A stretch of 63,903 nucleotides of DNA, filler included, from Conidiobolus incongruus B7586 (GCA_000697335.1; 19 parts of 19 records of this genome joined end to end with filler, not necessarily neighbours in it); one strand, 5' to 3'. Positions 41,335 to 55,527 are shown, counted from the first letter of the whole stretch. Translations and numbers: made by a program. The notes: a model not told the origin generated them from the sequence alone.

Positions 41335-42346
41335 CATTTAAATTTAAACTTAAGTATATTAAAATTATAGATAAATATATTAAGAAGTATATTTATAGGT
41401 TAGTTAATATAGGTAAATATGGTATTATTATAGAAATATAACAAGAACTATAAAAATATATAAGAATATTAGTTAACATTAATACTATTATATATATTTT
41501 TTATTAATATAGATATTATTTATACTTTAAGAAAAAATACCTTCAATTAAAGAAATCTTATTATAAAGTTAGGTAAGAGTTTAAATGTCACCATTAATAT
41601 TAAACTAAAACTAATTAGAGTAAGGTTATTTAATCTAATAAAATAAAAATATATTTTAGTAGATTTAATAAAAAAGCTAGATATTTTAAAAAAGATATAA
41701 AATAACTTTATAATCATTATGTTAGTTTTACCTAAAAGTATAATAATAGGTTAATTATTATTTCAGGATATATATTATCTTTAGGTATAAAATATCTTTA
41801 TAAAGTTAATAGGGGAATTAATACTAAAATATACTAAAATATTCTAAACAATGAATTGAAAAAAATCATTAAATAATATAAGTTAAACAAATCTAATGTT
41901 ATTTTTTAATAAGATAATACCTTTTGTTATATTATAGCTTCTATTACCAAATAACTTAAAAATAATAAGATAATAGTTATAAAGTAGCTTCTTTAATCTT
42001 TTAACATTAATTTAATTAAACACCTTTAAGATTAGTTAATAAAGCTATTAAAATTTTCCCCCTAACAAAAAATTTAGATTAATTTTAAAAATATATTTAA
42101 GAAGTATAGAACAAGATTAATCCTTTTTAGTATAAGAAGTTAGTTAATTCTATACCCCACAAACTTAAAAAAGTTAGAAAAGTTAAAGATAGATACACTA
42201 GGTTTTAATTTTTTTATCACCAAAAACTTATAAATTTATAACTTACCCTAGGTAAAATTTAAAAATTTATATTTTAACTAATTAATAGCTAAATATCATC
42301 ATTTAATAATATATATAATTAATAAATATAATAGATTTTAATTATT
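41335..42346 (+). mobile_element. Degenerate Tc1 copy between gaps
   Basis: Colinear with 37680-38600. Its 3' arm matches the 3' arm of the host copy at 39360-39485. Confidence 0.85.
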
Positions 42347-42446
42347 NNNNNNNNNNNNNNNNNNNNNNNNNNNNNNNNNNNNNNNNNNNNTTAATTAATT
42401 AANNNNNNNNNNNNNNNNNNNNNNNNNNNNNNNNNNNNNNNNNNNN

Positions 42447-43644
42447 AAATATAATATTTTCTTTTATTATTGATAACTTTTTGCTATATTTTTAGTAAAC
42501 TTCTAATATTTAAAAAATAATTTTTTTTATTAAAGACTGAAATTTGATATTTTACAAACTAATTAAATATTTTTTAGTAATTCTTTTTCTTATAAACTAA
42601 TTTTTCAATTATCTAAAGCAAATATAATTATATAAGTTATAGTTAAAAGAATATACTAGATATGGTAGTTTTTTCCTGTTATTTTTAATTTGAAAGTTTT
42701 TTATAATTTTAGATTTATATATTTTATAATTATTATGCAAAATAATAAAGCTTCTTAAATTATATTGAGAATACTAATTAAAAATACTTTTATTTAAAAA
42801 AATAATATAAAGTTTACTATTAATTGATTTTCCTTTAAGAACTAAATAAGAGTAGCATATATTATTATAATTTATTATAATAATTAATATTTACTTATTA
42901 ACAAAATATTTATTTAAAGGGATTTATAAAAAGGGTTAATTTAACTTAATCTAACATCTTAATTTGTGTTTTAATAAAGGATTATATATAAGGATTTAAG
43001 ATTCATCAATTGAAATTATTTATTGTAAAAGTTTAAGCTTTTAGTAATATTTTAATAAGTTTTGTTTAATAATAACTACTCTAGCTTTTTTTAAGCTTTA
43101 ATTAAATTATAAGATATCTAATTTATATTTTTATTTATTAATTTGAATTTAAGGTTTAGTTTATATAAAATACTTATAAGACTAATATTAAAATGCTTAA
43201 ATAATTCTTTAACTAAAATAAAAAGATACTTTTTCAATATATTTGTTTACTCTATTAATAATTGAAAAAATAATAGTTATATTAAATTTTTTACAATTTA
43301 GCTAATTTTAGATAATTTTTTTTAATCTTAAAATAATTTACCTAGCAATAAATTATTGATTTAGATAATATTTTATTACCAAAAGCTGCTTGTAAATTTT
43401 AAATAATTTTAAATACTTTTGGTTAAGTTTTATTTATATTAAAGTTAAAAACTTTTGATAATAATTATTTGGTTTAAATATAATTAAATCAAATAACCAA
43501 TTTTAAAATATTAATTTTTTAATCAAAAAATTATTATATATATAATTTCTTATTAACTTCATAAATATTTATTGATTTCAAACTAATAATATATTTGAAT
43601 AATTAAAAATTAAAAAATTTCCCATTATTTCAAATTTAAGATAA
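42447..43644 (-). mobile_element. Degenerate mariner copy
   Basis: Colinear with 60680-61917. Terminus aaaaatttcccattatttcaaatttaagataa. Confidence 0.85.
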
Positions 43645-43787
43645 TTTATTAATATTTATATTTATTATAATTTAAACTTAAATTTTTNNNNNNNNNNNNN
43701 NNNNNNNNNNNNNNNNNNNNNNNNNNNNNNNTTAATTAATTAANNNNNNNNNNNNNNNNNNNNNNNNNNNNNNNNNNNNNNNNNNNN

Positions 43788-44903
43788 ATAATTAATAGGA
43801 AATTATATATTTTTAATATATATATATAATAATTTCTTTAATTAAAAAATTAACTTTTTAAAATTAGTTGTTTAATTTAATTATACTTAAACTAAATAAT
43901 AATCATTAAAAGTTTTTTATTTAAGTATTAGTAAAACTTAACTATAAATCCTCTAAAATTATTTAAAATTTACAAGCAGCTTTTGGTAATGAAACATTAT
44001 TTAAATTAATAATCTATTGCTAAGTAAATTACTTTAAGATTAAGAGAAAAACTATCTAAAACTTGTTAAAATCTAAAAAATTAACTTTAACTTTTTACTC
44101 TTTCAATTGTTAATAAAGTGAAAAAATATATTAAAAAGCATCTTTTTATTTTAGTTAAAAAATTACTAAGCATTTAAATATTAGTTTTATAAGTATTTTA
44201 TATATATTAAAGTTTAAACTCAAATTAATAAATAAAAATATAAAATAAATACCTTATAATTTAATTAAAGCTTAGAAAGAAGCTAGAATAAATATTGTTA
44301 AATAAAACTTACTAAAATATTATTAGAAGCCTAAACTTTTACAACAAATAATTATAATTAATGAATCTTAAATTTTTATGTATAATCTTTTACTAAAACA
44401 CAAATTAAAATGTTAGATTAAGTTAAATCAACCTTTTTTATAAATCCCTTTAAATAAATATTTTATTAATAAGCAAATATTAATTATTGTAATAGATTAT
44501 AATAGTATATACTACTTTTATTTAGTTCTTGAAAAAAAAATCAATTAATAATAAACTTTATATTATTTTTTTAAATAGAAGTATTTTTAATTAATGTTTT
44601 TAATATAATTTAAGAAGACTTATTATTTTATATGATAACTATAAAATACATAAATCTAAAACTATAAAAAACTTTATAATTAAAAATAACTAGAAAAAAC
44701 TACTATATCTAGTATACTTTTTAGATTATAACCTATGTAATTATAATTGTTTTAGATAATTAAAAAACTAGTTTATAAGAAAGAAAATTTTTGTAAGAAA
44801 ATTTAATTAATTTATAAAACATCAAATTTTAATCTTTAATAAAAAGAATTATTTTTTAAGTGTTAGATCTTTGCTAAAAATATAGCAAAAAGTTATTAAT
44901 AAT
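43788..44903 (+). mobile_element. Degenerate mariner (DD34D) copy between gaps
   Basis: Translates AAFGNETL... and IILYDNYKIHKS...LLYLVYFLDYNLCNY (ancestral HDN...LPHPxYSPDxxPxDY). There are 34 residues between the second D and the third catalytic position. Confidence 0.88.
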
Positions 44904-46744
44904 NNNNNNNNNNNNNNNNNNNNNNNNNNNNNNNNNNNNNNNNNNNNTTAATTAATTAANNNNNNNNNNNNNNNNNNNNNNNNNNNNNNNNNNNNNNNNN
45001 NNNTTATTTTAAATATAATTAAATTAAATAATAAATTTTTTCAAAAATAAATCTATTCATCAAAAGACTATTATATATATAATGTATATAATTCAAACCT
45101 ATTTATTCTCCTATTTATTTTATATATTTTTTTTATTTAAAAATAATAATAACTCTATAAAATCAGAAATTAAAAAATTTTCCATCTTGGTAATTTTAAA
45201 ATAATATTATTTATTTTTTGATATTTTTTTTATAAATATTGTAGGCAAATATTGATTTAAACTCTAAAACTTTATTTTTTTAAATAATTTGATAGTTTGT
45301 TATATTGTTTTATATATATATATATATATAACTTTATAAAATTTGATTAAAAATATTACTTCTATTATGATAATATTTCTTATTTAAACTTATTAAAAGA
45401 ATTTTTACTATTTTAACTAAAAATACTTTTTACTTTGTATATAGTATAGTTTTGTTTATAAAAATTATATTTTAAAACTAGATATAAAGCATATAAAATA
45501 ATATACTTATATATAGGTAATTTCCAATTAAATTATAGATGCAAAATTAATTAATGAATTGATGAATAGATAGGTAATTACAGTGCGTTTAAATAATTAG
45601 TATAATTAATAATATTTTAATCTAAATTGATTCTTTTGAACTATATTTCAATATACAAGATTTTTTTCGTTATATTATATTCCAATATATATAAACTTTT
45701 GAATAAGTTGGTTAACAATTCAATATAAACAAAATAGTTCAACTTTGCTAAGTTATATTAGTGAATAATATTAATATAAAGTAGAATTAATTGAATAATA
45801 ATTTTACATTAAGATTAATAGTTTAAATTTTGATAATTTTTCTGAAAAGAATAATTTTGATGAAATAATTATAGATTGATAAATTATCCCAAATTAAAAT
45901 TTTATTGTAATTCCAAAATGATAGAGAATTGATTATACTGTGAGAAATTATAATATTATAATAATTATAATGATTCGAATATGGAGAATATATTGCTTTA
46001 AGATTGATCTACTTTATTGTTTAGATTATATTTAAGACTAATTTTAGAAATTGAATGATAATATAATAAGGGGTAAAAATTTGAATTTTTAGGTTAAATA
46101 TCTCAGTAAATCAAATTTTCTAATATTCTTTTTAACTTTAACAGGTAATTTTTTCTATTAAATTATCATTGAATTATTTAACCAATAATAATTGTTTGTT
46201 TATTTTGATTAGACCAAGAAATATCATAAAAGTTCAAATATTTTATAGGCAAGTATTTTGATAATAAAGCCATTTCCATGATGTTATTAGATGTTTTTAT
46301 CACTTTTAATTCACTGATATACAACAAGGCCTTATTAACCATCCATAGCCTTTGTCTCAATACTGATGAACTTTAACCCTTTAGAAGGTGAGTCATAATC
46401 TATGAATTACCATGGATATATAACCTTAGTTCAGGACACTAGAATAAAGATACCTTTTTCTATCATAAATCCCTTGATCACTTGAATCTTTAAATTATTA
46501 CTTACTAACTAGTGATTGAGTCAGGAACTAAGATAATGCCAGATCTTTGTAATTTTTGGTTAGAGACATTGTGTATATTTGTGATTTATTAGCAATTCAC
46601 TTTATTATTACTTATCCCTTCTTTTTGGTATATCCAACAGGCATACTATCCAACTTTTTTACAAAATCCTTGATATTGAATAACAACTCATCATCAACAT
46701 ATATCATCAAATTGAAAGTTATTTTATTAATCAAATATAACTAA

Positions 46745-48948
46745 ATGATATTTTGTATAGCAATATCTATTATACTCTACTTAATTTACAGTTTATACAA
46801 TTTTATACAATGCACTAAAGAATTGAAAGATATTCCATCTGCTCCAATTTGGGCAAATTTTCAGGCAAAGCTATCTCAGGAGTCATTTAATAATAAAATG
46901 GAAAAAGCGATACAACCATTATTAAATCGATATGGTATTGTTAAAGTATTTTTACCATATTCTGATACATAGCTTTTCAGATTTAATCATTATATTGAAA
47001 TAAGGCTTTCAGTATTCAAGGGGGAGTTTATTTGTTTGTAACCCTGCATTATCAAAGGAAATTTTAAATCTAGTATTTTTTGATCAATCTAATTTGAACA
47101 ATTTAATTGAAACAGATAAATACTTGGAAAACCAATCGATCTAAGAATTCATAATTTCATTTTAATAATATTTATTTGAGAGAAAATAGTTACAAGCATT
47201 AATGAACATGTAATTTATATTATTATTTATTTTTGAAACATATGATATTAATATCATTTCATAGAAATGGAATAGTGTAAAATTTTGAACTCTACCATTC
47301 ACAAAGGCTGATCTAATGAAATATTGACACTTGTGCTAAGGAATTAATTGAAGGTTGTGAAAGAAATATTCACCAAGATGTTCAAATTGATGATTTAATT
47401 AAACGGTATGTAGTTGTGAAATTGCAGAATCCCGAATCGATATTAATGTAATATATAGAATGACTTTGGATGTATTAGGTCGTCCAATTTTCGATATTGA
47501 TTTTAAAATAAATTTGTCTAATAATATTATGAAGCATAAAATAATTAACAAAATAATTGTAAGCTATTAAAGGTCCAAATCCTAAACTATTCCACCGAGA
47601 CAATTTAGTTCACCAAGTTTTCGGTCAAGTAATAAATTTGATTTTTCCATTTTTAGAGTATGTCCCGTTTTTGAAAATAGCCAAGCTTTCCTGTCAAATT
47701 GATGAATGCAATCAATTCACCAATAGTGCAGGTCTTCTGGAAAGTAGACTTGCAATAAAGACCACACAGATTCGATAAAACGGGCTAAGGACGACTAACT
47801 AGATACTTTAAATGGTTTTATTAAAATTTTAAAATGTAGGGCTTGGCCATGATCGAGATGATCCTTGAGCAAATATGTGCCCAATGACTTTTTTATAGTG
47901 TGATTAATCCTTTGCCAATGTATTGAAACTCTGATTTCTGTTATAGTCAGGAATTTTCCATTGTGCAAGGATTGTCCGTGATATTTGTGACTAGATAACA
48001 TTCTGAATCATGATATATGGTTAAAGTTTAAAGGCCAGCAGACCTCCCGAACGGCGACAATAGGATTATTGAATTAAGGAAACAAGAAATTCAAGATCCT
48101 AAACCTCAACATAAAGATAATCTATTTGATGCATTAATTGAATCTAACAATAAGGAAGAATATGAAAAACTAACTTATGAAGTAATTAGGGTAAATTATA
48201 TCGAAAAAATTATAGTTAGCTAATATATGATAAGGAAAATGCAAAAACTTATTTATCTGATTATGACACTACCTCGAATACTATAAATCTTGCATTATAT
48301 TATTTAGTTCGTTATCCTGTTAGATTAATTGATATTATATCAATCTATTAACTAATTTTTAATATATGAAATTCAAGAACAGCTCAGAGATGAGACTTTA
48401 CAAGCTTTAAAACATCCTACAGAACTCATTGTTCCTACTATTGAACAGTTGAAAAAATCCCTTATATGGATATGATTATTAAGGAATCGATAAGGATTAT
48501 GACAACTGTAACTGCAATTCAACGTGTAGCTTATGAAAATTATACACTAAAAGAACTACTGTCCCCAAGGATGCATTTGTATTTGAGCACATGTGAGCCT
48601 CACCTCACAATTCATCAACATTTTCCAATGCTGATAAATTTGACCCTGAAAGATCTGCTGATTTTCGAATGATCAAAGTAATAATTTACAACCAAATTTC
48701 ACTGGAGCTAAATAATATATGTTTGAAAAATATCTAAAATATAAATGACTCTGATTAAATACCACTCATTTATTCAGGTATCGGATCTGGATTCTCATTG
48801 ATGGAACTTCGTGTCATCATTTCAATGATTTTACGAAAGTGAGTTATCCATTCCCAATAATAGCCCACATAATCACCAAGTCAAGCTTACTTCCAATTGA
48901 ATTATTAAACCAGATAATTTGAGGATTCAATCCCAATTTAGAAGATAA
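46745..48948 (+). pseudogene. Cytochrome P450 pseudogene, paralog of the adjacent minus-strand P450
   Basis: Same exon layout as 49782-51682, with MTLDVLGR and KESIR retained. The WxxxR region is damaged, the I-helix is broken (YDTTSNT remnant), and the heme motif is disrupted (FTGAK*). It has several stops and frameshifts and an insertion at 47727-48059. Confidence 0.9.
47727..48059. mobile_element. 333-bp TG...CA insertion (probable solo LTR) in a P450 exon
   Basis: Flanked by the direct repeat ATAG (47723-26, 48060-63; extends to CAATAG if the terminal CA is counted). Removing it restores NQFTNRIIELRKQEIQD, which aligns with HQFIEEMMTIRKKELQD in the intact paralog. Confidence 0.8.
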
Positions 48949-49781
48949 ACAGACTATTTTTAATTTAGATTTTCCTATCTTATCATTACATGGTTATTAT
49001 ATCTCGATAAATCTTGGATATTTAATAATATTACATGGATATTATATTTGGATTAAGTACTCGATATAATGAAAATCTAACTATAATTAAAATTAATAAA
49101 ATTTGTAATATAAAATAATACTGAAATCGTAGAATGACCATGTTTTATATATTATGTTGAAATAAATTAAATAATACTATATTTCAATCATTTAATAAAT
49201 AAAGTGATGAAAGCAACATTTTTAAAATAAATTCATAAATAGAATGGTCTGAAATTAATGAAGTATAATAATAAAGTTGAAAGTATAAAAAATAGTATAA
49301 AATTTGTATACAATTTAAAATAGAGTGAAATAATCACTAATTTTTATATCTATTAAATTAAGTAAATAAATTTTGATAATTAAACATATCTTTTATAATT
49401 TTCTTTTCATAACGAATACTTATACTCAAACATTTTAAAACGAAAATAATACTTTTTAATGATTAATATTATTTAGGGCCTTAAGTAATTAAAGTGTAAT
49501 ATATAAAATGGATTATTAGTTTGATCATTTTAACAAGTGATTTATCAATTGTCAAATATCAATCAATACAAAAGGAAAAAGTTATCATGATTGTTATATT
49601 CCTACTAATATTAATATGGTAATTTAAATATCCTGGTAATTTCTAAAAAATAATCCATACAGCATTTTTATATCTGGAAATAAACATGTAAAAAAATCAT
49701 TATTGGCAATATTAATAATTTTTCATCCTAACTATCGTTTAATATAGAAAAATAAATTTATAATAATATCTTCAAATATAA

Positions 49782-51682
49782 CTATTGTCTTAATTTGATA
49801 TGAAGTGATAAATCGGAAGGACGAACAATACCAGTAGGAGTAATTCTCAAATTATGATAATCAGGATTATCAACTCCAATTGAAAATTCGAATTTTTGCA
49901 ACAACATTGCAATCGTTACTCTCTGTTCCACTAATGAGAAAGTGGTACCAAGGCCTAATAAATATTGTTATTATATTATTGTATTAATGATATATCTAGA
50001 ATTAAAATTACATGATCTGGAACCAGTTGAGAAAGGCTGCCAATTGCGACTCTCATCATTAGACAAATCAGCGAATCTATCTGGATTGAATTCTTGAGGA
50101 TTGGGGAAAGCTGATGGGTTATGATGGATGCCCCAGAGGTGGAAGAATATTGTAGTTCCTTTAGGCACAGTAATTCCATTGCTCAAAGTATGCTCTTGAG
50201 CTGTATCTCTTTGGAGCACTGCAGCAGTCGTCATAATTCTCATTGATTCTTTGTTAACTAGATCGAGGAATGGAATGTGTTTGAGCTGTTCAATGGTTGG
50301 AATGGTTACTTCTTGAGGATGACCCAAGGCTTCTAATATTTCTTTACGTAATTTATCTTGGATTTCCTAAAATTCAATTTAGATAATTGATTTAAATTGT
50401 AACTAATTTCGCTTACAGGATAACGAGCTAAGTAATACAGAGTACTGGCCAAAGTATTAGAAGTCGTATCATGTCCAGCTAAAATAAATATAGTGATATT
50501 GTCCTAAAAATATATTTAAATAAGAATTATCAAAGACTAAATTGGTAATTGATTACTCTAATTTCCTCTTTCGTAAGTTTTGATTCATCTTCATTTTCAT
50601 TAGAGCGAATGAATGCAGTAATTAAGTCTTGAGATTGCTTATTCGAATTGTCCTGTAACTCCTTTTTTCTTATGGTCATCATTTCTTCAATGAATTGGTG
50701 ATATTCCTTTAATCTCTCTCCCAATTGTGGTCTACGAAAATATGGGATATGTTCTAAAAATGGCAATATAACGTATAATGGCTGTCCAAAAATTTGCTTA
50801 ACAATATCATTATACAGATTATATAAACGAGAATTTGGATCCTTAACAGCCTAAATCCAAAGCATTTGTTAAATATAGTAACATTTCTTAATTTTTTGTT
50901 TTACATTGAAGTCAACATTAAAAATTGCTTTTCCAAACACATCTAAAGTCATTCTAATTATCATTACTATTATGTTGTAATTTTAATATCATTAAATATA
51001 TCTACCTCTGAATTAAGTCGTGAACTTTGACATCTTTGCCAGCCTGTTTTTCGAATTGATCAATTAAATCTTGAGCACAACTTCCAAATAGCTGAGTATT
51101 CCAAGTTTGGTTGAATATAGGATTGATCACTTTTCTATGACGCTTCCATTCCTATAAAAATATTAAGAGAGTTGATTGAAAAATAACAAATATATTTTTT
51201 TACATTTCCGTTGTTGCTAAGTACTTGACTTGGACCAAAGAATTTCATCAAATGCTCGCTCACTTTAATTTTGGTGAAATCAGTTTTTGGAAAGATATCT
51301 AATCATAAATTATGATTAATTGATTAAAATATGAATTATACCAAATGCATTTACCCGCTTTAGCTGAAATTTCCTTGCAAATTTTGGGATCACCAATGAA
51401 TAAAGTCCATCCGAAATGAGTAAAAACCTAATATCCATTGAATTAATTTTGATATAGTTAATATGTTATTTCATTCCTTACACGAATCACTCCATGCTCG
51501 TCGAGCAAAGGTTGGAATACTTCCTTCATCTTCTCGGGGAAACTCTTCTTGGACAGAGAAAATATAAAGAATGTGAGAAATGGGGCAGCCGGAATGTGCT
51601 CCAATTCTTTAGGGCATTTAGTCCAATTATAAATTTTATAAATGGAATAAATTATTAAAGTTGAGATTAAATATAAAATCAT
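49782..51682 (-). CDS. Cytochrome P450 monooxygenase, 9 exons, apparently intact
   Basis: N-terminal anchor, EWKRHRK (WxxxR), AGHDTT (I-helix), KESMR (ExxR), FNPDRF and FSTGSRSCLG (heme Cys codon split T|GC by the last intron). GT-AG introns include 51428-51481, 51299-51354 and 51152-51203. The stop is TAG at 49784-49782. Confidence 0.93.
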
Positions 51683-54600
51683 TTTGATAAACTGTTATAA
51701 TGAAATCTAATGGAATAATTCGAATTTTATATACATGTTCAACTATTTTACTTTCTTGTAGAATTTCCTGATTTAGTAACTTATTTAGGATATTCAATAA
51801 AGGAGTTATTCTGTCGGATTAAATTGTAATGATATCATCCGATTTTAACCGTTATATAATTGAAAAGTTGATTAAATTTGAATAAAATAGAAAAATACAA
51901 TTGAAGAGATATTTTTTACTTGAACATAAAACATATATCAATTGGGTACCGAATACTGTTATAATTTAGGTATGTTTATTTATAAAATGGAATCTGATAT
52001 TAATCTTTTATTAACGAGTTATTTCTATTCAATTTTTTAATATCCTCATCACAAAATTTCATAAATCAATCAATCAATCTGAAAAATCAAAATTGCATCC
52101 GGTTGAGCCCCCGCAATCTTAATTCGGCTATTTAAAGTTTATAAAATCCAATATTTAATAATTACTATTACACCAGTAATCAAAAATTTTCCACAAGTTT
52201 AATCATTATCAAATGGGGTAAATTTTCAAATTCGGATATGTAATGTCTTTTATGGCTATTTTCGGATGACTAAAATCAACATATATTTGATGATGATGAA
52301 AAATTATGATTTCATAACTTATATTACAATGAATTTGGTAACCAAAAATAAAGAGATTACCAATTTAAGTTTAATACCAAACATATTATAATTTAAGAAT
52401 GCAAGATATATTAGGCAATTTAATATAATATTATAATTTATAATATCGTTATGAATTTTCAAAACTGATCTGTTTAATAATCCCTCAAATATAATTTTAT
52501 TAAAGCATTTCCTAATTATTACCTTAGAATAATATAATAAATATTGAAAAACTATATTAATCGATTAATTGATATTTGATATATTTCATTTTGCTAGTAA
52601 TATATGTCAAATACTCTAAACCTTGTTATATATGTATTGAAATTTTTTAAATATTTTAAAAATTGATCACATCATAAGATTTTATGGTCTAATTACAATA
52701 AATCATAAAAAACAAAGGGAAATCCACAATAATGTTTTACTGGATATCATCAGGTGTCAAAGAGCAGACCACCCCAAAAAGAGCTATTGTAAGAACATTG
52801 AATATAAACAAATCAAGCTTTTCAACCAGTTAAAATTACATATAATGGAATATTTCTTTATTGAAAATGGAATTTTAATAATGATAATCCACTTGTTCGC
52901 AACCAATGACCCGAATGTACAATTTGAATTTACCTAAAATTTTCGTGAATGATTGAAAATGATCCATATTCAAAATTCCAAAAAAATTGATTTAATATAC
53001 TCAATCATTCATTAATAGAATCACTATTAAATATATTAACTTAATATACCAAAGAACTCTGTTTTTGTTTATTAGATTTTGATTAAACTTTTTAATGTAC
53101 ATAAATAATATCAAAGGTATACATATTTTAACTCTAACTGGGATATTGGATAATTATCATGATAGTGATTATCATCATTAATCAATATCAAATTAACTCG
53201 GAAGACTGATTTGTTCATGATGTTAAAAATTTGTTGCCTATTTATTCCAGTCCAATGTTATTAAAATATTTATTTCCGTATAACTCCTTCAAGTTAAGGG
53301 TATATTAATTGGAACAACACAATACAAGTTATATTGAAGTATTGGATATAAAAATTCATAATTAATATAATAAAAATTTTAATTAATAAATATTATATGA
53401 TCAACCGTTATTTCATCTCCATATAATTTTAAAGTAATTTCACTCATTAATTTTTTAAAAAACACTTGTATCATTTAAACATATTCTAATTCCTACTGAT
53501 TACCTTAATCACTTAATGCTCAATTATTCAGTAATTTTAAATATATTCTTTATGTATGAAATTAATCATGGAATCAAATAATGAGGTTACTAATCAACAC
53601 TATTTTACATATATTAGCAGTTTTTGAGCTACATCTTATAAAAAATCAGAGAGACTTAGTTTGAAGATATACATTCATCAATAATCATCTTTTATTAAAT
53701 TTTTATTTAAATATTTAATATTAAATTTAATCATTCCAAACAAAATGGTGAAAACCAAAGGATTTTTTTTATATTGTTCAAACTTAATCAAAAATCTTGT
53801 TATATTCTTCAAAATTTACAAGCAACTTATCAAATCAATACATTATCCAAAAACACCATATAGCACTAGCTTTGTGATTTTAAATCTATAAAATAAGCTA
53901 TACAAAAATTGTCACAATTTGATAAGCCAATTTTTTAATTATTTTTGCAATATTTAAAATAATACAAATATATAAAATAATTTAGAAATCACTTATTTGA
54001 TAAATCTAATAAGTTTCAAATATAACTTTATACAAATTATAATAATTTATTTTGTCTATTATTTTTCAACCTTAGTATATTTGATAAATATATCAAATTG
54101 AAAATTAATAAATAAAAATAATATCAATTAAAATTTTTAAAAATAGGAAATTTATTAAAATATATTTATTAACTTAAGTTTCTATCTTTTATTTTACTAA
54201 TAAAAAATAAATATTTTTATATTTTGGTTTAAAACTAAAGTGAATTATTTTTTTAATAAAAATAATACTAATAAATTGGAATAAATTAAAATTAAATTTA
54301 TAATTAATGATTAATATATATTATTTTATATTATTATATGATTTTATAGATTCTTAAAATTAAAACCATTATTATTAAGTTACTATTAATATTTCAAGGT
54401 TAAATTAACCATAATATATATTTTTTATAAATATAAAAATAGAATTACTGATTTAATATAGGGAAATACTTAATATAAAAGTAATATGGTACAAAACATA
54501 GTAAGATAGAATAGAATATAATGTGTAAATATAAACAAAGTTTAATTAAGCTTTAAACTAAGATTAGTGACTGATATATTAAAATTTATATTAGGTAATA

Positions 54601-55527
54601 CCAATATACTATAATATTAACAGAATATAACCTTAATCTTAGAAAAAATATAAAAATAAAAAATAATAAAAATTGAGACAAAAAAGAAATAACTAGTTTA
54701 TTAGATATTTTAATATGATTTATTTAATTAGTTTATCTATAAAAGTATAAATAAATTATATAATTTATAATAAATCAAATTATATAAAAATATATATAAA
54801 AATTTAAAAATCTAGTCTTTTAATTTTTTAATAATAATTATATAATTCATTGATTTAATATTATAAGATATTATTTAAATTAAATTACAATAAGATTATT
54901 TTAATTAATTTACTCTTTAGGCTATAATTCTTGTGATTATTAATATATCCTATATTTAAAAAAAACTATTATAATATATTAATAATTAAAATCAATATTT
55001 AATCAGAAAATAATATGAATTATCATTATTATACTTTTATATAAATTACTCAATTTATAATAACGATCCAATTAAAATTAAATTTTCTAAAATTTTAAAC
55101 TTTATTAATTTTATATATAATATAATATTAATATTTTATTTTCAAACTTATTAATAATTGATTTATATGATAATTATACTATTAAAATAAAATTTGTTAA
55201 ACTTTTAATTATATTATTTTATTATATATCTAAACTATATTGTTTTATGAATTTTGTCATTTTACTATTAATATAAAGTATATTTTTTTATAAAACCTTT
55301 ACTCATTTATATTATATATTAAATTTATTATATAATTTTGAATATTTATTATTAAGATAGATAATGATTTAATAAAGGTTTCTTATTATTAATTAATAAA
55401 ACAAAGATAGATATTAAAGTTTGGGTANNNNNNNNNNNNNNNNNNNNNNNNNNNNNNNNNNNNNNNNNNNNTTAATTAATTAANNNNNNNNNNNNNNNNN
55501 NNNNNNNNNNNNNNNNNNNNNNNNNNN

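Noticed and set aside
14000..46000. An alternative genetic code or organellar origin as the explanation for the AT-rich, stop-ridden frames
   Set aside because: Stops fall at different positions in different copies and mostly derive from TGG/CAA/CAG by transitions. The flanking spliceosomal genes read normally in the standard code.
46150..46744. Short ORFs upstream of the P450 pseudogene
   Set aside because: No recognisable domain or splice structure.
47795..48001. 68-aa minus-strand ORF
   Set aside because: It lies inside the solo-LTR-like insert and has no protein motif.
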